Origin: Chiloscyllium plagiosum
Lineage: Eukaryota
DNA: 64,000 nucleotides
Direction: 5' to 3'
Assembly (NCBI RefSeq): GCF_004010195.1
Contig: NC_057757.1
Location: 5,014,416-5,078,415 of the forward strand
Positions 50,286 to 63,026 of the stretch are shown here, piece by piece (position 1 is the stretch's first letter; every line of letters begins with the position of its first letter). Made by a program: the position numbers and the translations under genes. Below the pieces are notes generated by a model. That model did not search any database and was not told the DNA's origin. It saw only the letters and a program-made list of their open reading frames with translations.

Positions 50286-52014
50286 CCTGCTATGGACTTG
50301 TAAGGCACTAGGATGAGTGATAGTCCTAGCACACATACACACATTCATAAATATACTGAGGCACTACTGCCGCACATGGCAAGTGAGAAAGGGCAGGCAG
50401 GGGTTGAGAGTTAAAATTAAGGTCCGGGCAGCGAACTGGTGATTGCTCCGATTAATAACCCAACCAATTCAGGTGGGATTGAGAGAAGAATGAAACTAAA
50501 AGTGGCAGGAATGTTAAAAAAAACAGCTTTTGACTCAAATTATGTGTTTAATTTCATTTGAGCAATGAGAAGGGAAGTAAACATGCCCTGTGACCTGTTT
50601 TTGAAGGCTTGTTACAATTCCTTGAGACACAGCTAAAGTGATTCACATCTGGGAGCACACATATCACTCAGATCAGATAATGATCAGATATAGGAGATTT
50701 ATTAGAGACAGGCGTCTCTTATTTAGTTCCTGTCATAACCTCAGACCCCTCTGAGAGTATGCAGCCAAAGAAGAATGTTTAAAGTGTCATGGCTGTGGCA
50801 AGTATGCTGGCTAGTCTACGCACAGCAAGATCCCACAAACAGTAATTAACTATGACCAAATCATTCCAGAACTTGGGAACACAGTTTTAAAGTCGGGGTT
50901 TTTTCTCTGTCAGATGGCTGTGCAATTTCGGAACTCTGTCTCAGAAAGCTGTGAAAACAGAGTTCACTGAATATTTTTAAGTCAGGAGGAAATAGATACC
51001 TGATAGGCAAGGGAATCAAGGTTATTCGGAGTAGATGAGAATATGGAATGCGGAACACGAACAAAGTCAACCATGATCTTTGTGAATGATGGTGCAGGCT
51101 CAAATGGCCTGATTCTGCTCCTAATTTGTATGTTTGTAACATTGGACAAAAGACAAAATACTGGTCTAGATCACCAGGGGAATAGGGAGGGGTTAGGGTC
51201 TCGGGCAGAAAAGAGCTCCCACTCTTCTTCACAGGGTCTTTGGCACCCAGCCAATGGGCCAGAGATGGGGCCATGGTTTAACATCTTATCAAAAAAGGGA
51301 CAACTACAACCAGGAACAACTAACTGGGCACAACTGAGGCTCAGCTCCAATTACATGCTCACATCTCTGGAGTGGGACATACAACAAACTCCAGAAGTAG
51401 GAATTCTACCACTGATCCAAGGAAAATGTCCTGAGGTCAGCTTCAATTAATAATCAGCTATGTTGCATACTGTTGTCAGTATTGCTTTTGGAAGCTAGCC
51501 CAATTATTGATTTGATTGGTTAACGATTCCAAATTTTGGCAAGTACAGATCCACAGAGCTTTTTTGCTGAGCTTAAGTTGATTAGTTTACCACTTAGACT
51601 GTAGAGGGGTTACTCCTAGGCGGTGTGCAGCATTGTTTGTGTCTCTCCACAGGTTCACATGGTGTTGGTACTGAGATCCCAGCAGTGGAAGTTGGCTACA
51701 CAGGGCCCTGGCTTATCCTGAACCTGTCTATGATGGATAACTCATGCCGTGGTGGTTCAAAGACTGCCTCATTTCCACAAATCGTGGTTTGTCACCAAGG
51801 GACTTTTCCATGACTCCTATGCCTATTTAGAAACACAAAAATCAAGTACAGGAAAAAGCCATTCAGCCCTTCAAGCCTGCTCCACCATTCAGTATAATTG
51901 TGGTTGTTCATCCTACTCAGTACCCACTTCCTACATTCTCCCCATATCCTTTGATCCCTTTCGCCTAAGAACTATATCATTCCTTCTTGAAAACATTCCA
52001 TATTTTGGCCACGA

Positions 52015-53285
52015 CCGAGATTAAGCTAATTGATCTGTAATTTTCTGTCTTCTGCCTTACTCCCTTTTTAAACAGGGGTGTTACATTAGCGATTTTCCAG
52101 TCCTTGGGACCCTCCCTGATCCTAGTGATTCCTGAAAGGTTACTACTAACGCCTCCACTATCTCTTCAGCTATCTCCATTAGAACTCTGGGGTCCATCTG
52201 GTCCAGGTGATGTATCCACCTTCAGGCCATTCGGTTTTTCTAGCACCTTCTCATTGGCGATGGCCTCCATACTCAGCTCTGCCCCCTCACTCCTAAATTT
52301 TTTGGAAATTACTCATGTCTTCAACTGTGAAGAGTGACACAAACTAATTATTCAGTTCCTCTGCCATTTCTTTGGTCTCCACTACTATCGCTCCTGCATC
52401 GTTTTCCAGTGGCCCAATGTCCACGTTTGCCTTTCTTTTGTATATCTGAAAAAACTCTTACAGTCCTCCTATATATTGCTGGCTAGCTTACTCTCATATT
52501 TAATCTTCTCCCTCTTTATTTCTTTTTGTTGCCTTTGTTGGTCTTTGTAAGCTTCCCAATCCTCAGGTTTCCCACTGTTCTTTGCTACATTACATACTTT
52601 CTCTTTTGCTTTTATGCTGTCTCTGACTTCCCTAGTCAGCCATGTTTGCCTCATCCTCCCCGCACCATGCTTCTTTTCCCTCAGGATAAATGTCTGCTGT
52701 GTCTCCTGAGTTACTCCCAGAAACTCTTGCCATTGCTGTTCCACTGTCGTTTCTGCTTGGCTCCTGTTCAAGTCAATTCTATCCAGCTCCTCCCTTATGC
52801 CTCTGCAGTTGCCTTTATTCAGCTGAAATATGGTGACCTCTGATTCTATCTTCTCTCTCAAATTGCAGAGTAAACTCAATCATGTTATGATCACTGCTTC
52901 CTAAGGGTTCCTTCACTTTAAGCTCCCTTATCAAGTCTGCCTCATTGCACAACATTAAGTCCAGTATTGTCTGTTCTCTCGTAGGCTCTATCACAAATTG
53001 CTCCAAAAAGCTGCTCGTAGACATTCTATAAATTCCTTTTGTTGTGAACTACTAATAACCTGATTTTCCCAGTCCACCTACATATTGAAATCCCCCATGA
53101 TCACTGTAACCTTGCCTTTCCTACACATCTTTTCTATCTCCTGGTATATCTTGCTTCCACTTTTTGGAAGTCTATACATCACCTTTGCTCTTCCTCAATT
53201 CTACACCACTGACCATACCTAGTTTCTTACTATTGATTTAATTTTGTTTTTTACTAATAGGGCAACCCTACACCCACTGCCCAAG
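52015..53285 (-). mobile_element. CR1 ORF2 endonuclease-to-linker fragment
   Basis: minus IMGDFN, FLEQFVIEPTREQTILDL, LGSSDHNMIEF, EDWKIANVTPLFKKG. Confidence 0.9.
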
Positions 53286-53319
53286 AGAAACTGGTAGGGG
53301 AGACAGAGTCCAAAAGGCT

Positions 53320-53860
53320 GAGGAGCTGAAGTAGGCCTTTCAGCCATCTAATCTGTTCTGTTGCTCAATGATATCATGACTATGCTGATAATCTTAACTC
53401 CACTCATTCTGCATTTTTCCCATAACCTTTGATTACCTTCCTGATTAAAAATGTCTTTCTCAATCCTGAATATATTAAATAATCCAGCCTCTACAATAAA
53501 GAATTCCACAGGTTCACTATCCTCAGAGAAGAAATTCATCCTCATCTCTGTGTTAAAAGTATTCTGATATTTATTCTGAGACTATACTCTCTGGTCCTAG
53601 ACTCTCCTGCAGAGGGGAACAATCTCTCCACATCTACCTGTCAAGTCACCTGAGAATCTTGTATGTCACCTCTCATTCTCCTAAACTCCAATGAACATAC
53701 GACCAATCTACTCAACCTCTCCTCGTAAGACATAACTAAGATCAACCTCGTGAACTTTCTCTGGACTGTTTCCAATGGCAGCATATCTTTTCTTATGTAA
53801 GGGAACTAGATCTGATCAAAATATTCCAGCTGTTGTCTGACTAGTGCCTCATAGATTTAG
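53320..53860 (-). mobile_element. CR1 3' fragment
   Basis: minus RMNFFSE.. plus 3' UTR. Confidence 0.75.
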
Positions 53861-54602
53861 TAAGAGAGAAACTATTTCCACTGGTCAGGAATCTAGGGCT
53901 AGACAGCACAGTCTAAACATTAGATCTGAATCTTTCAGGACTGCAATGAATAAAGGCTTCTACACTAAAAGGGTGATAGAGGTTTGGAACGCTCTTCTGT
54001 AATCGGTATTTGATGTTAGATCAACTGTCAACTTTAAATTTAAGATTTGTTTATAATCAAAATTATTAAGGGTTTATTGCCAAAGGCCCACATGAAGATA
54101 GCGGAGAGATCAGCCATGATCTTCACACTGAATGACAGATCAGGCACAAGGATCTAAAATGGCCTAGTGTTGATAATGAAATGTTAGTTTATGGCTTCAT
54201 ATGCACAAAAGTGGTTTAAATGTTAATATAACTTGAATGGGCTGATGTCCAAATGCCTCATAATTTTAGGCATCTCATTCTCAAGGTATAGACTGAATGG
54301 TGAATTCTTGACAGTTCCTGTACAAGGAGTTGAGGGGTAAGAATTTATTAAGAGTCTCTGGTGAAGTGACACAAAATGTCAATCCACAATTCTAAATAGT
54401 GAAACAGAAATGGTAAATAACATCTTGCTCAGTTACCAGAGTACGTATCTGTGAAATCAAATGTAAAGTTTGGGGATTTGGTCATTAGAAGTATTGTATT
54501 AAGAGTGCACCTTTTACATGCAAGGAAATGATATTAAGTAGTGTGTTTGGTCTTGGAATATCTACATCAGGTGTCCTAATGTTCAATTTCATGCTTTATA
54601 GT

Positions 54603-54929
54603 GGGCGGCACGGTGGCACAGTGGTTAGCACTGCTGCCTCAAAGCGCCAGAGACCCGGGTTCAATTCCCGCCTCAGGCGACTGACTATGTGGAGCTTGCA
54701 CGCTCTCCCCGTGTCTGCGTGGGTTTCCTCCGTGTGCTCCGGTTTCCTCCCACAGTCCAAAGATGTACAGGTCAGGTGAATTGACCATGCTAAATTGCCC
54801 GTAGTGTTAGGTAAGGGGTAAATGTAGGGATATGGGTGGGTTGCGCTTCGGCGGGTTGGTGTGGACTTGTTGGGCCGAAGGGCCTGTTTCCACACTGTAA
54901 TGTAATGTAATCTAAAAAATCTAATCTAA
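54603..54929 (+). mobile_element. full-length HE1-type tRNA-derived V-SINE
   Basis: box A TGGCACAGTGG, box B GGTTCAATTCC, V-domain GTGTCTGCGTGGGTTTCCTCC, CR1-like tail GGGCCGAAGGGCCTGTTTCC, (TGTAA)/(TCTAA) tail. Confidence 0.93.
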
Positions 54930-54989
54930 TAAAGTTGCAACTAGAAAGGAAAGGAGAGTACCCAATAAGAATAAGGACTTTTAAAAAAG

Positions 54990-55625
54990 GATTGCCTACA
55001 TTAGGATTTAAACAATAATTTGTATTTATATCGTACCTTTGACATAATAAAAGGCAATTCACAGCAATACCACAAAGCAAAGTTTGACATCAAGCCAAAT
55101 ATGCTACTGAAGCAGGTGACCTCACATTGGTCAAAGGTATTTGCTGTTAAGGGGTGTTTTAAAGGAGAAAAGTGGAAAGGTTAATGGAGGGAATTTCAGA
55201 GTTTAGGATCTGGCAGCTGAAGGCAAATCCACTCATGGTGCAATTCAAAATAAAAAGAGATAAGCACAGATATCCTGAGAGTTAAAGCCAGAAGAGAGCA
55301 CAAAGATAAGGTAAAGGAAAAGGGTGAAGGAATCTGAAAATAAGGATGAGTTTTAAAATCAAGGCATAACTTGACCAGAAGCCTGGTGAATGTCAGTGAG
55401 CACAAGGTGCGGTCGGTGAATGGATTTAGAATTTAAGGAAAAATAGACTTTAAATTATCTCACTATTATGGATGTCATGTATAGATGGTGGAAGGAGAGT
55501 GCACTGGAATAGTCAAATCCAAATTATACAAAGCCTGGAATGAATGTTTCTACAGCAAGATGAGGTGATGCAGGCGTAGAGTTTGCGCGTGTTACAGAGT
55601 TGCATATTGACGGTCTTAGGGATGA
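54990..55625 (-). mobile_element. old L2-like LINE 3' fragment
   Basis: GGAGGGAATTTCAGAG..GGCAGCTGAAGGC block typical of L2 3' ends; similar to 13290 and 33330-33850. Confidence 0.5.
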
Positions 55626-55944
55626 CAATTCATTCTCTGGAGAAAAGGCAGACGTAGGAAAAGCCTGGTAAAGAATGACAGACTTTCAGGGCAGAAGTAT
55701 CCAGGGAACTTCTGTTAGGAACAGGATATGAGGATTGGAAGGCACATGATTAAAGTTCAAAACAAAGTAGGAATCTATTACTTTAGTTCTAGACAATATT
55801 CCAATGTAAGAACAATCAAATAAATTACATGTGGCAGAGTTGGTCAGATCCACAGCCAACTGAGAGAAGTACAGGAAGCATTATTAGGAAAGTGGATGCT
55901 GCGGCAGTAATTCCACAATTATGCTGAGAAAACTGAGTACTATA

Positions 55945-56310
55945 TAAGAACATAGCCATTCAGTCTCTCAAGCCTGTTCCTCCATTCTAGATCTTGACTG
56001 ATAGTCTACCTCAATGCTATATTCCTGCACTTATTCCCCTATCCTTTGATGTCACTAATATCTAGAAATCTATCAATCAATCTCTTTCTTGAACTTAATG
56101 ACAACTGAACGTTCACAGTTCTCTGGGTGAAGACGTTTCTCCTCACTTCCGAGCTAAATGGCGTACATTTTAAATTGAGACTGTGTTTCCTGGTTCTGGA
56201 CCTCACTGCAAGACAAAAAACATCCATTCTTGCATCTACTCTGTCTAACCCTTTAAGAACTCTAAGTAAGTTTCTAGACAATCAGCTCCCATTTTTCTAA
56301 ACTCCAGAGG
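55945..56310 (-). mobile_element. CR1 3' fragment
   Basis: minus LKGLDRVDA..SRTRKHSL..RRNVFTQR. Confidence 0.8.
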
Positions 56311-57307
56311 TAGACCTCCATTCAAAGTATTATTGTCTTACCGTGTGTTTCTATGACATTATTCCAACTGCAATCTCAATACATGTGATATACAGCACAA
56401 ACCCAGGCCACTCAGTCCATATAGATAGTGCTGGTGCCTATACCATGACTTGCTTCAACATACTCCCTATGGGAGCGGGTTCACATTCTCATCACTCTTT
56501 GGATGAAGAGCTTTCTCTTGAATTCCCTGGTTGATTTTTTTTGCTGTTTGGTTTGGATTATTTCTCCTTTTAAGTATTTCTCAGGTGTGGATAGTTTCTC
56601 TTTTCTTTTCCTTTTAATTTCAAAATCATCTACATCCATTGTAAGATAGAAGTAAGGATAAAGTAAGGAAAGTGTCTAGAGTGAGGGGATACAATGACTT
56701 TTAGCACTGATTAAAATTAGTTTTTATTCCTTCCAAGATAATGAGCATCATCCCAGAGAAAGCAGTTGTTTAATACAGTGTTTTTCAAACTTTTTCTTGT
56801 CCACAGACCACTTAAGCAAGTAAAATCCCACAGGCCTCTTACCAGTCCCACCCAACCACTTTCACTTGGCACCTCAAATAACCTTGTCAGAATTGTGGGA
56901 ATTATAAATATTTTTCTGCTCTTAAGCGCACTAAATGAGTAAAGTTATGTGAATTATAAACAGATCTGTAAGGGAATCAAGGGGGTTGTGGAGATAAGGC
57001 GGAGAAATGGAGTTGAGGGTTATCAGGTCAGCCATGATCTCAATGAATGGGAAGCAAACTTGATTGGATGAACTGACTACTTCTGCTCCTCAGTGTTATC
57101 ATCTAATGGCATTTTAAAAAAAAGTGTCAGAATGCACAGTACGGTGCATGTATGGAACGAGCTGCGAGAAGGGGTGATGGAGGCAGGTACAATTACAACA
57201 CTGAAAAGGCATCTGGATGGGTACATGAATAGGAAGGGTTCATAAGGGAAAATGGGACTTAGGTCAGTTTAGGATATCTTGTCAGCTTGGGTGAGTTGAA
57301 CCAAAGG

Positions 57308-57468
57308 AAACCAAAAGGACTGCAGATGCTGTAAAAAAGAGATAAAATAGAAAATAGATGTTGCTGGAAAAGCTCTGCAAGTCTGGCTGCATCTGTGGAG
57401 AGAAATCAGAATTAACATTTTGGGTTGAGTGAACCTTCCTCAAAACATTAACTCTGATTTCTCTACAC
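57308..57468. repeat. short inverted-repeat (Penelope-pLTR-like) insertion into a CR1 3' UTR with ~14-bp TSD
   Basis: AGTTGAA(C/T)CAAAGG at 57294-57307 and 57469-57482; GAGAAATCAGAATTAA / TTAACTCTGATTTCTC arms. Confidence 0.7.
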
Positions 57469-57879
57469 AGTTGAATCAAAGGGTCTGTTTTCATGCTGTA
57501 TAACTCTGACTCTTAAGTCAATTATTCATGCCATAAAAGTGTAGGAATTTTCAGATGATGGACATTAATTCTGCAAGAGAACATATTTACTTGCAACATG
57601 CTAATAAAGTCATCACAGCAGAATGGTCTAATACTCCTAAATCCTACGTTCTAGTCTGTGGACTCCCGAGAAGGACCCAATGGTGTGAGGTCCATACTTT
57701 GATAATCATTGGCTAAAAAGTAATTTTATGCCTTTAAAGGCAGAAGAGATCAGCAAGTGTTCAGAACAGGCACTGAAGGTTAAAGAGAGTGACAACAGGC
57801 TGAATGACTCCTTTGTTTTGAAATAGAAGGAAGCTGTTTGAGTCTCAGAGTGACAATGTCTTGCTGCAAGGCAAAAGAC

Positions 57880-57975
57880 TTCATTCCTGAAGGGCTTTTG
57901 CGCGAAACATCAATTTTCCTGCTCCTCGGATGCTGCCTGACCTGCTGTGCTTTTCCAGCACCATGCTTTAATCGT
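57880..57975 (+). mobile_element. Penelope-like pLTR fragment with decayed hammerhead
   Basis: ATTCCTGAAGGGCTTTTGCGCGAAACATC...GGATGCTGCCTGACCTGCTG. Confidence 0.7.
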
Positions 57976-57984
57976 GATACTAAT

Positions 57985-58517
57985 GGTTTGCTGCAGTTAT
58001 ACAGGGCCTTGGTGAGGCCACAACTTGAGTACTGTGTGCAGTTTTGGTCTCCTAGTCTGAGAAAGAATATTCTTGCTATTGAGGAAGTCCAGCGAAGATT
58101 CACCAGACTGATTCCAGCACTGACATATGAGGAAAGACTGGATTGACTGGGCTGTTTTCACTGGAATTTACAAGAATGAGAGGATATCTCATAGAAACAT
58201 AAAGTCCTGATGGGGCTGGATAGGCTAGATGCGGGAAGAATATCCCTGATGTTAGGCAAGTCCAGGACTAAGGGTAAGGCCATTCAGGACTGAGCTGAGG
58301 AAGAATTTCTTCACTCAGAGTTGCGAACCTGTGGAATTCTCTCTCACAGGAACCTGTTAAGGCCAGTTCTTTCCATATATTCAAAGGGGAGCTGAGCATG
58401 GCCCTTGTAGCGAAAGGGAACAAGGGGTATAGGGAGAGGGCAGAAATGGAATACTTAGATTGCAGGATCAACCATGGCCGGATGGCCTAATCCTGTAACT
58501 ATTTTTGATGTTTCTAT
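57985..58517 (+). mobile_element. CR1 3' fragment
   Basis: LLQLYRALVRPQLEYCVQFWSP... Confidence 0.88.
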
Positions 58518-59989
58518 GAATTTAGACCCTGAAATGATACCATGCCATACTAGAAAATTAATATTAAAACAGTAATTTGAATTTTTCTTAACCATTGTTA
58601 TAACCCATTTACTTTGTGGAGGGATTATTCACAACACAGTGAACTCCAACTGTACCATTTAGAGTTAGGAGCAGTGCTTAAGATGAGGGTTAGTACATGG
58701 GATTGAGATAAAATTTTGGGGTTAGGAAATAAAATTGAAATTGGAGTTTGAGATTAGAGTTAGTGATCAGAGTTAGTGCCTAGTTTTAAATTGGTGATTA
58801 AGAGTATATTTAGTGACTGGTTTCAGAAACCTTTTCTCATTATTGACTACTACCTTGTCACTAGGTCTCTTATTTTCAACAGCAACACATTGATAAGTTA
58901 AAAAAAAGGATTTCAATCGTCATACTTTGCTAATTAATAGCACACAGGGCCATGAGAATAGGGAAAACCTCCTTCCCCTCAGCAGAGGGGTCACTGGCAG
59001 AGATTTAAAGTAATAAAAATCAAAGTGCAAGAAAAACTCAGCAGGTCTGGTAGCATCTAAAAACAGAAAGAAACAGAATTAATATTTTGAGTCCAATATC
59101 TACCAAAATACAGTCAGAACGGACACAAACCCTAACCCTGTTTCTCTCTCTACAGAAACTACCAGATCTGCTGAATTTCTCCAGAAATGTCTTTTATTTA
59201 AAATATCCAGCATCCAACTTATTTAACTTTTACAGACTTGAAGAAGTTGGTTTAGAGGGAAGTTGAGAATAGTTTTACAGCTAGGGGATGTGGAAAATCC
59301 CATTGTAAAGGACAGAAAAGGCAGAAATCCTCAATACATTTAAATATGCACTCGAAGTCCTAACAATCTATAGGACCATGAGCTGAAAAGTGAAATTAGG
59401 GCTGGATAATGCTTTTTCTGGTGCACATGGTCTCAATGGACTGTAATGGTTTGGGGTCTGGTGGAATTCCCCTCCCACCTTAAGAACACTTTAATAACCT
59501 ATACAATCACAAAATTTTACACTACAGGAAGCAGCTTTTTATCCAACTGGGTCAGCAGGGAAAAAAAAAGGTAAAAGTCACTATAGCCCCTGTCTACTTT
59601 AGAGAGAGAGACAACTGGTGGTGTTTTAACCAGGTCTCAGGCGAGGGAGATGTTGAGAAGGACTTGACTCTATTCTGTCCGAGATGAATCAACTCTGTAC
59701 AGGGTAATCCCATTAGTGCCAATCCTGCATTTTTATGCCCTGAAGTGCCTAAAAGTAATCCTGTACTCTGTATGGAACAAGCTTGATGGGCTGAATGGAC
59801 TCTTCTGGTAAAGTTTAGGTTGCGTTTAAGGGCATATGTATTCGTGTGCTTTCTTACAGAAGGAAGGCGCTTAACAGGCATCCAAATGTTGTCTGTCCCA
59901 GAGGGTCTGAAGGGGCTGAACCCATCAAGATGCCCCAAAGACCTATCCTCAGGTGATTATTATTAATACGTTGGGAGGGAGGGAGAGAG

Positions 59990-60790
59990 TGCATTGCCCA
60001 TCGGGGTCACGGGGTTCCTGACGGAAATAAAAATGTAAGGGCTTCAAAATCTGGGGACTAGTGTGTGTTTGTTGCGCTCCCCCGAGGGACTGGGACAAGT
60101 TTGCAAAAGGGGCACTTCGTTGCGAACTCGAGAGCCGCGGTAGAGCAAGGGTAAGAGTCAGCCTTCCCCCCACCCCGCCGGGAGCTAGCCAGTGAGAAGA
60201 AGACCCGGAGAATTTGAGGGGGGGGGGAGGTGAAAGAGGAGTGTTTAAAACGAGCGCACGTCCGTGTACGAAAGACGCCAACCAGTTTGTTTTCCTACCG
60301 AGTCCGGCAGGTTGCGACATCTTGCCTTCTCCCTACGCGGTCCGCCGACTTCACCCGACACGGTCCGCATTCGGACCCCCAGGGGCCGTGCGCCTGCGCG
60401 TTGCCCCTCCGCCATCCCCGCGCGGGAGGATTCCAACAGCTGCGCGAGAGCCGGCGGTTGGCGCGGGGGGGGGAGAGGCCAACGGTCGTTTACCGCCTTC
60501 CCGCCCCTCCGTCTCTTCAGTGTGCGCAACGTTGCGCACATTCCGGCGGCCGCCCGTTTCAGGCCCGGCGCTGGAATCAGGCCCCTCCTCCTCCTACCAA
60601 CATCGCCAGGCGGTGACAGGCTTCATTTCTTTACCCCCCCCCAAATATCACAACACCAACTTCATCCACTTTTTTTTTCGGGTGGGGGCCGCTTTTAGCA
60701 CAAAACGGGCGCGGCGTTCGCCCGTATCGGGCCACCTCTGCTCACTTTCAGGCCCCCCCTCCCCTTGCAGCCAATCCGACCGACCTCCCT
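59990..60790. promoter_or_regulatory. CpG-island promoter
   Basis: sharp rise in GC and CpG; NRF1-like TGCGCCTGCGC at 60389-60399; E2F-like TTGGCGCGGG (~60458) and TTCCCGCC (~60498); GC box; CCAAT boxes at 60771, 60845 and 60997. Confidence 0.85.
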
Positions 60791-62086
60791 CCCAATTCAC
60801 ACCCTTTCTCGCCTGTTTCAGGCCAACTGCTCGGCCCTTTGCAGCCAATCCAATCTCCTCCCTGCTCACCTATAGCAGCTTCCCCCACCCTTTCTCAGGC
60901 CAAACTACTCGCCCGTATCAAGCACCCAAACCCTGCACCCCCAACGCACACATTGTCACCCACACCCTTTCTGGCCTGTTGCTTGCCCATTTTCAGCCAA
61001 TCCAACCTTTCCACTCCTCACCCATAGCTGCTTTTCCACCCCTCCCTGTCCACACCCTTTCTGGCCTGTTTCAGGCCGGATGCTCACACATAACAGACTT
61101 ACCCCTACCCACACAGAGACACACATTGTCATCCGCAGCCTTTCTCGCCTGTATTAATCGCTTCCCTGCCACCTTCCTCATCCATATAATTCCTGACCCA
61201 TTATCAGGCCTCTTCCTTGCCTATTTCAGGCCACAACTCCTTGTCCATATCAGCCCTGCCTTCTCCACAAAGCTCACCTTTTGCCAGTATCAGGCCTGCC
61301 CCATCTATTTTCAGGCTGTCCTCATCCCACATGACAGCTACCCCCCTCGCCAATTTTCAGACTGGCCATCTCATCCCTTTTTTGCTAGATCAAGCTCAGT
61401 CCCTCACTGCAGGGATTGTATTTACCTCCATCTTCAGCCATTTGTTTTTCTTCTTTGAGGAAAAACAGGGAGGAACTAAGTCTCCAGTGAGTTTGAGCAA
61501 CATCATTCTGTGCCCTTGGCAACCCCTTTGCTTTCCCAACTACTGACACTGCTGGTGGGCATGACCTGTGTAGATATTCCTCATGTTTAAATGTCTTTGT
61601 GACAACCATTGGACCATAAGAGATACCCCAGTCAAACCTGATCCCATTCTTGTATAACATCCATCCTCAGTCTTCCAATGGTGGGGGTAAGAATTACCCC
61701 ATTTTTACAGCCACTGTAGCTGGTGTCTATTAGATCAACAGTGGATGCCACCCTTGTGGGAGCTTCTGTCAAACACAGACTGGGAACTGAACTTTGTCCG
61801 TGTGCCTCTATAACACTGAGTGGGTGCACTGTCATCTGAGCTGTTCTACATGACTTTTATATTAAACCACACTTGCCTTTTTTAAAAAAAACTTCCTTCA
61901 GAGTTGATTGAAAGCCAGTTTCAGTCCAGCTGGTACTACCTGCAGATCATTGTACCATGTGCTACTTGGCAAACATGTTTAGGATGTGGGTGGAGATTGG
62001 TAACTTGCCATTGTCCTTTAGACTCCCAGTGCTGGTACCTCCTCTCATGATGCAACTCCTGGTTTTGCTGACATTTTGACCAAGAG

Positions 62087-62225
62087 ATGGACGACACCGA
62101 TAATGCCGTTGTCGAGGCCGATATTAGAGTTTCGGACTGTGTCGTGGCCAACTACCCCACTCCAAGCAAAGACAGTCATAGCCCACCCAAGACAGGAGCA
62201 AGCCTCAATTCTGCACGCACTGGAG
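62087..62225 (+). CDS. first coding exon of a downstream unidentified gene (MDDTDNAVVEADIRVSDCVVANYPTPSKDSHSPPKTGASLNSARTG); exon begins at 62022
   Basis: tgtcctttag acceptor at 62021, in-frame stop at 62048 upstream, gagATGg Kozak, AG|gcaagt donor phase-compatible with the next exon. Confidence 0.6.
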
Positions 62226-63026
62226 GCAAGTAATTCCAATTTTTTGTGATCACCGATGGCTGTGGCGAGAACAGCAAACTGGAGCTCGACAGCTGGAAAA
62301 ATAAAATCACTTTTTTATTCCCCCCCCCCCCCCCAGCATGTTCTTTTCTTTTTTAGCTTCCTGGAGTGTTTGTCCTCTCCTTAATGGCAGTGGCTCATGT
62401 CGTTTCCATGGGCACCAGCAATTTGGCCGTTCTTCAAGAATGAGCATAAAAGAATGTGTTGCTAGCCTATTCAACTATAGCGGGCATCACATCTGATCCT
62501 ACCTTTTACCTGCTGTTCCCTGCAGGGGCACTAAATAGCAATTTGGAGTGGGGATCCTTTCTGAATTGCTTGGGCATTGACTGAATTGTAGAACTGATTA
62601 CCTGATGGTAAGTGGCTCAACGCAGCCACCAAGTTCATATAGTTTGCTGTGAAAAAAAAATGTACCTTTACCCTTGGAATTGTCATGTAAGCATATGAAC
62701 AACTTTGAATCTGTTTTATTACAGCCACCTTTAAAGGAGAGATTATTCACTTCAATATTTCCACCATGTAGGTGCTATGAACCAATAATTGGGGAAAATT
62801 AGTCAGTGGTACTGTACATACTGATCTTAATACCTATGCTATCACCAGGTGGGAACTTCACCATTTCCAAAATTAGTGAAGAAACAAGATCTTCCCTTAC
62901 AATTGTATAGTTTCTAGCTGAATCCCATCTGCACCTACCTTTTACTGCATTTTTTAAAACTTTATGCCAACAGTTTTTAACACAAATTAACTTGGAATTG
63001 TAACTTTTTTATCCCTGTAACTGTAG

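Noticed and set aside
54603-54672. tRNA-like sequence with A and B boxes (also at 1310-1380, 2060-2131 and 40430-40486)
   Set aside because: These are SINE heads continuing into V-domain and LINE-like tails, not tRNA genes.
60214-61458. 414-aa + strand ORF, the longest in the track
   Set aside because: Starts at TTG and runs through the CpG island and a C-rich degenerate repeat where stop codons are rare; no recognisable domain.
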